The position numbers and the translations under genes were made by a program. Below, piece by piece: positions 32,483-36,671 of a DNA stretch of 36,671 nucleotides (the stretch's first letter is position 1; the number at the start of each line of letters is the position of its first letter). Source of the DNA: an uncultured virus (IMG/VR IMGVR_UViG_3300038504_000001) (lineage: Duplodnaviria > Heunggongvirae > Uroviricota > Caudoviricetes); IMG/VR virus record IMGVR_UViG_3300038504_000001, positions 62,001 to 98,671 of that record, one strand, 5' to 3'. The notes below the pieces were generated by a model. The model was not told the origin of the DNA and did no database searches. It worked only from the letters and a program-made list of their open reading frames with translations.

Positions 32483-33136
32483 ATGGCAGATGGAAAAGGA
32501 ATAGTAATACTTCCTTCTAAAGATAAAGAACAAGAATCTTTATTCGGGAATACCATAAAGATGAAAGACTTATTGTCTACTCAACCTAGCACTGACTCAT
32601 TAGGGGACGTTGGTCATCTTTATGATTTTGTTTCTGACCCTCAGGTTCATATAAAAGACAAGGTAAATGCTTTACTTAAATTACATATGTTCTTTAGTAA
32701 AGAGATATTAACTAGCGAAACTATTGAGTGGGAAGCTGTACAGATATACAGGGTTCGTAAAGAAGCTGTAGCAGATTTAAAGAAACTAGTTGAACTATTA
32801 AATGAATATTCTTCTGTTGATAACTTTGACACTGAACATCCTTTATATAGTAAGTCTCTCAACTTTATTATGGAAGCTATCCTTACTGAAGTTAAAGAGA
32901 ATACTGAGAACAGCCAGTTCGACAATATTGTTAGAGGTGTGGCAATTGCATTACCTACTATAGAGTCTAGAATTAAAAACATTATTGCAGACTCAACAAC
33001 TGAAGATATATTAGCTATGAGAGAGAATCCTTTAATGGACGCACTTAATAGTGAGAAAGATATGTTCAAAGAATATTTATTAAACCGAGATATGTTTCTT
33101 GAGTATATGAGGGGTGTTTCAGATGAAAACGCATAA
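32483..33136 (+). CDS. Helical protein, candidate terminase small subunit
   Basis: 217 aa, two genes upstream of the large terminase; positional inference only. Confidence 0.45.
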   Translation: MADGKGIVILPSKDKEQESLFGNTIKMKDLLSTQPSTDSLGDVGHLYDFVSDPQVHIKDKVNALLKLHMFFSKEILTSETIEWEAVQIYRVRKEAVADLKKLVELLNEYSSVDNFDTEHPLYSKSLNFIMEAILTEVKENTENSQFDNIVRGVAIALPTIESRIKNIIADSTTEDILAMRENPLMDALNSEKDMFKEYLLNRDMFLEYMRGVSDENA

Positions 33137-33269
33137 TATAGATAGTTTTAGGGGTAGGAGAGCTTCTGATAAGATAAAAAGGAAAGCATCATTTGCACTA
33201 GATATTGCTGTACTTACTGCTTGTGTATCTGCCTTTACTTATTTGTATTTCTTTTATTCTGGAAATTAA
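33123..33269 (+). CDS. Single-TM small protein (48 aa, not in ORF track)
   Basis: MKTHNIDSFRGRRASDKIKRKASFALDIAVLTACVSAFTYLYFFYSGN; abuts the terminase ATG. Confidence 0.55.
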   Translation: MKTHNIDSFRGRRASDKIKRKASFALDIAVLTACVSAFTYLYFFYSGN

Positions 33270-35180
33270 ATGGCTGGTAAATCGTCAAAGACAGTTTATG
33301 CTAAGTCTCCTAGTTTAAGCTCTGCATTTCTAGCATCAGCTGATAAGGTAGTTGGAAACACTATAATCAGTTCTGTTGTAGACTTTAGTCAGAGTTATAG
33401 AGGTCTTGACTTAAGATTATACCCTGCACAGAAAGTTATTCTTAAAATGCTTTGGCAGGAAGAACTGTCTGATGATTTATCTGAAAACTTAATTGAAGTT
33501 CCTGACGATTTTAATGAACATGTTCTTCACGTATTTACTGAAGTTGAATGGGTTAACTTCCTATTTGAAACTAAACGATGTAACTTTAGTGCTTCTATGT
33601 ATGAAGAACATAGGGGGGCTGGAAGACGATTTGGGGAAATAGTTCTCCCTATAGGTCGTAGGGGGTCTAAAACTGTATTGATAGTTTCTTCAGCTGGGTA
33701 TCTTGTATATAACTTGTATGAGAAACTTGAAAAAGATTTCTTCCATTACTTTAGTTTAATTAAAACTAACCCTTTGTATATCACTTTTGTATCTAACAAT
33801 AAGAACAATTCAAGCAAGCCTTATACAATGCTTAGAACTTTTCTTAATAGTTCTGACTTCCTTAGCAAATATGTTTACTATGACGGTGCTGACAAAATGA
33901 TATTGTTGTCTCCTGTAGGTTACAATATGTTGCAAGACGGGACTTATGTAGAGGGGGAATATCAGCTTGTAATTACACATAGTGTGCCTTCTGGACAAAT
34001 AAGGGGAGATACAAATATATTCGTTTCATTAGATGAATTTTGTTTCTTACGAGATAGTGGTTCTCAAGGTAAAGTTAAATATCTTGACGAAGAGTTGTAT
34101 GACGCAACTGTGCCTTCAACAACCACACTTATTGACCCTAAAACAGGTAACTCTTGGGGGGTTGCTGCCATATTGTCTTCTGTAAATGGTAAGAACAATC
34201 ATATGTATAAACTTTATACTAGTTCTTTTGGGGACAATAATACTTTGATGTTTCACTTACCTTCATTTTACATTAACAGAAACTTACATCACGAGACTTT
34301 AAAATCTAAATATAGAAAGTCTAAAACTATTTACTTAGTGGAGTATTTGTCTCACTTTGATGTTACTTTATCTAGTTGGCTGTCTGAAAACTGGGACGAC
34401 TATGAAGCTTGTGTTCACGTAGGGAGAAAATCAACTCCATCGGGTGTGAATGGTTATTCTTACTTTATGGGTATTGACTTTGGTTTCATATTCGATAGCA
34501 CAACTATCGCTATTGGTCACGTTCAGAAAGGCCATTCACGAGGGTTTTTACCTAGAAATAGTTTGGCATATTCTTCTTCAAATGATTCAGATACTGAACT
34601 GGAAGTTGTGGTGCTTGACGCTTTAGTTGTTATCTCCCCTACTAAAGATACCCCTTTAGACCCTTTCTCTGTTGTAGATACTATATCACAGCTGACTAAG
34701 TTCTTTCATATTAAGAAAGCTATTTATGACCAGTATAGTAGGGTTACTATAGAGTCTATTCTTGATAGAAGAGGCTTAATCAAGTCTGGAAGATTTGAAG
34801 TATTTAACGCAACTCAAGTGACTAATGATATGTTAGCAACACTATTGAAAGAAACAATACTTTCACACAGAATAGAGTTAATTGATAGCGAGGAACTTGA
34901 TTTAGAATTTTCTGGACTTATTGAAACTTCAAAAGGTGGATTTATTAAAGTTGAAAACTCAAATCCTTCAATTCATGATGATAGATACGATGCTATTACT
35001 AGAATGGTATATCTTTGCTTGACAGAGGGGGTTAAATCTCCAATGACTGTACATAGCGGTGCTCTACCTATAAAACAAGCTGTAGGTACTTCAAACGACA
35101 ACTCAGTAAAAAGTATTGCTCAATCTGGCAAGTACAGGTATGGTACTAGATATAATGGGAGAACTAGTAGCCGAAGATAA
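33270..35180 (+). CDS. terL: Terminase large subunit
   Basis: LYPAQ, Walker A GRRGSKT, Walker B SLDEF, coupling LSS, nuclease MGIDFG, YDQY, HDDRYDA. Confidence 0.92.
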   Translation: MAGKSSKTVYAKSPSLSSAFLASADKVVGNTIISSVVDFSQSYRGLDLRLYPAQKVILKMLWQEELSDDLSENLIEVPDDFNEHVLHVFTEVEWVNFLFETKRCNFSASMYEEHRGAGRRFGEIVLPIGRRGSKTVLIVSSAGYLVYNLYEKLEKDFFHYFSLIKTNPLYITFVSNNKNNSSKPYTMLRTFLNSSDFLSKYVYYDGADKMILLSPVGYNMLQDGTYVEGEYQLVITHSVPSGQIRGDTNIFVSLDEFCFLRDSGSQGKVKYLDEELYDATVPSTTTLIDPKTGNSWGVAAILSSVNGKNNHMYKLYTSSFGDNNTLMFHLPSFYINRNLHHETLKSKYRKSKTIYLVEYLSHFDVTLSSWLSENWDDYEACVHVGRKSTPSGVNGYSYFMGIDFGFIFDSTTIAIGHVQKGHSRGFLPRNSLAYSSSNDSDTELEVVVLDALVVISPTKDTPLDPFSVVDTISQLTKFFHIKKAIYDQYSRVTIESILDRRGLIKSGRFEVFNATQVTNDMLATLLKETILSHRIELIDSEELDLEFSGLIETSKGGFIKVENSNPSIHDDRYDAITRMVYLCLTEGVKSPMTVHSGALPIKQAVGTSNDNSVKSIAQSGKYRYGTRYNGRTSSRR

Positions 35181-35224
35181 GGCTTAATTTCTCCTGATAT
35201 TTATATAATTTATAGGAGTCATTA

Positions 35225-36671
35225 ATGCCTACAGAAAAAGATACCGCAGCTCAAGCATTGGCTAAGGAAAAAAGCAAACACAGAAAGACAATATCTAATA
35301 AAGCTGGTCAGGAAGTTTATAGGAGAGTGTCTATAACTTTACCTAAAAGTGAAGAGATTGATAATAACACTACAACCCAAGATATTGCATTAATTGCTGA
35401 AGCTCGTTCAAACATCAGTAGAATTATGGACGGAGATACTAAAGTTGAAGAATTAACTTATAAGCAAAAGCAAGGAATATTGTTCTTTTTAAACCGATAT
35501 CTTAATTACTTATCTTCTGCAGCTTTACTTAAAACTAAATTTATGAGTACTTCACTATCTTTCAGTCTACCTGATGATTTAAGAATAGATGCATTTCAAA
35601 AACAAACAATAATTGATTTTCATAAAGATTTACTTAACAAAGCCGAAGCATTGCTATTTAATGTCTTCCTACACTATTGTTTATATGGGACTTCTTTTAT
35701 TCTTTGTGCAGATAATTGGAACAGCATTATGAATGAGCGACTTAAAAACTATAAGTCAAAAGAGGGCGATGATAGTGTGATTGGTAAAATCCATTCTAGA
35801 CTTTCTGAAGTTGAGGGTCTTGAAGTTTGTGATTTATTCCGTTTCCTTGAAAAGAACCCTTCAATGGCTTTACCTATATTTAAAAAACAAATACATATTG
35901 AAGATGACAAAGACTATCAGAAACTTGCTGAAATTTATGCAGTAGAGCCTAAGAAGCTTACATTAACTCAAATTGATGAATTACGTTCTAAGGCCTTTCC
36001 TTTAATAGATGATTTAGTTTTCTTTGAAATGGGACGAGCTCTTAATCCTGCAAGATTTGGGGAGTTCTTAGAAGAAAACGTTGATACAGATACTTTTGAG
36101 ATTGAAGTAGAGAAAAGTGCATTACTTATGGAAGAGGAAGAGTTCATTTCTGCATCTTCTGTAATAAAAGAACTTTATACTAAATACCCTTCATTATCTG
36201 ACGAAGAAGATTCTGATTTAGAAGAAGATTCTGAGGACGAAGAAAAAACTAAAGATATTGCTAAAGCAGATAAAGCTGTGGAGCTTTGTATTAAAAAACT
36301 CGTGTTTAAAGGGTACAGTCGTTCTTGGGTAGAAGCTCACTTATTCCCTGAACCTGATTTAAGAAACCAAGACAGAATAAAACTTAGAAATGACAGTTAC
36401 AAATCTATTTCTATATTTAGAGTTAAAAACCAATCTCTACAGGAAGATATGTCTAATGCTGATTCTTTAATAGAGTCTGGGATTGATTTACTTAACTGTG
36501 AGATAAGACAAAGAAGTCATATCAATGATACTAAAGAAAAACTAATAGTATTGACTATTAATGCAAATGCAAACACTGACTTATCTGGGGAAGTTATTGA
36601 CGGAATAGTTGAAGATATTGCTTATGCTATAAGTACTGGAGAATCTAATATCTTAGCTGTTCCTGAGGGAA
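35225..36671 (+). CDS. Probable portal protein (3'-partial, not in ORF track)
   Basis: Frame open from ATG 35225 (AGGAG RBS) to the window end; directly follows terL; HYCLYGTSFI resembles the portal L.YGNA(Y/F) motif. Confidence 0.6.
   Translation, partial: MPTEKDTAAQALAKEKSKHRKTISNKAGQEVYRRVSITLPKSEEIDNNTTTQDIALIAEARSNISRIMDGDTKVEELTYKQKQGILFFLNRYLNYLSSAALLKTKFMSTSLSFSLPDDLRIDAFQKQTIIDFHKDLLNKAEALLFNVFLHYCLYGTSFILCADNWNSIMNERLKNYKSKEGDDSVIGKIHSRLSEVEGLEVCDLFRFLEKNPSMALPIFKKQIHIEDDKDYQKLAEIYAVEPKKLTLTQIDELRSKAFPLIDDLVFFEMGRALNPARFGEFLEENVDTDTFEIEVEKSALLMEEEEFISASSVIKELYTKYPSLSDEEDSDLEEDSEDEEKTKDIAKADKAVELCIKKLVFKGYSRSWVEAHLFPEPDLRNQDRIKLRNDSYKSISIFRVKNQSLQEDMSNADSLIESGIDLLNCEIRQRSHINDTKEKLIVLTINANANTDLSGEVIDGIVEDIAYAISTGESNILAVPEG

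Noticed and set aside
631..33998. All minus-strand ORFs in the track (e.g. 631-837, 4623-4847, 17676-17918, 32647-33069, 33810-33998)
   Set aside because: Short antisense shadows of well-supported + strand genes, with no RBS or recognisable motifs.

Overview
AT-rich, densely coding segment of a large dsDNA tailed phage genome, with essentially all real genes on the + strand. One promoter (18112-18185) and the AAGGA ribosome-binding sites point to a Campylobacterota host (inference). In order: (1) a recombination/replication block (split Rad50/SbcC, Mre11/SbcD, Cas4/AddB-like nuclease, sliding-clamp-like protein); (2) an ADP-ribosyltransferase-like gene broken by one in-frame TGA, a lytic transglycosylase, dNMP kinase and primase; (3) a 6.9-kb cassette of an atypical amino-methyltransferase-fold gene, a RimI-like GNAT and five tandem soluble DUF2156/aaPG-synthase-like (aminoacyl-tRNA-dependent transferase) paralogs that all end in -LF; (4) a UvrD helicase; (5) seven unrelated small proteins sharing an M(P)QN(I/L)A N-terminal tag; (6) MazG-like and DEDDh genes; (7) a 650-nt structured non-coding region with two aberrant tRNAs (an Ala-identity body with a defective anticodon arm; a Lys(UUU) lacking the TPsiC loop); (8) DnaX clamp loader, acidic HU-like, NusG-like and sigma-region-4 genes; (9) terminase and probable portal. 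Best candidate for a new system: the five aa-tRNA transferases plus GNAT and MTase-fold enzyme, possibly clamp-tethered and fed by the two non-translational-looking tRNAs, acting as an amino-acid/peptide hypermodification pathway (DNA is the favoured but unproven target). All family calls are by-eye motif recognition; no searches were run.
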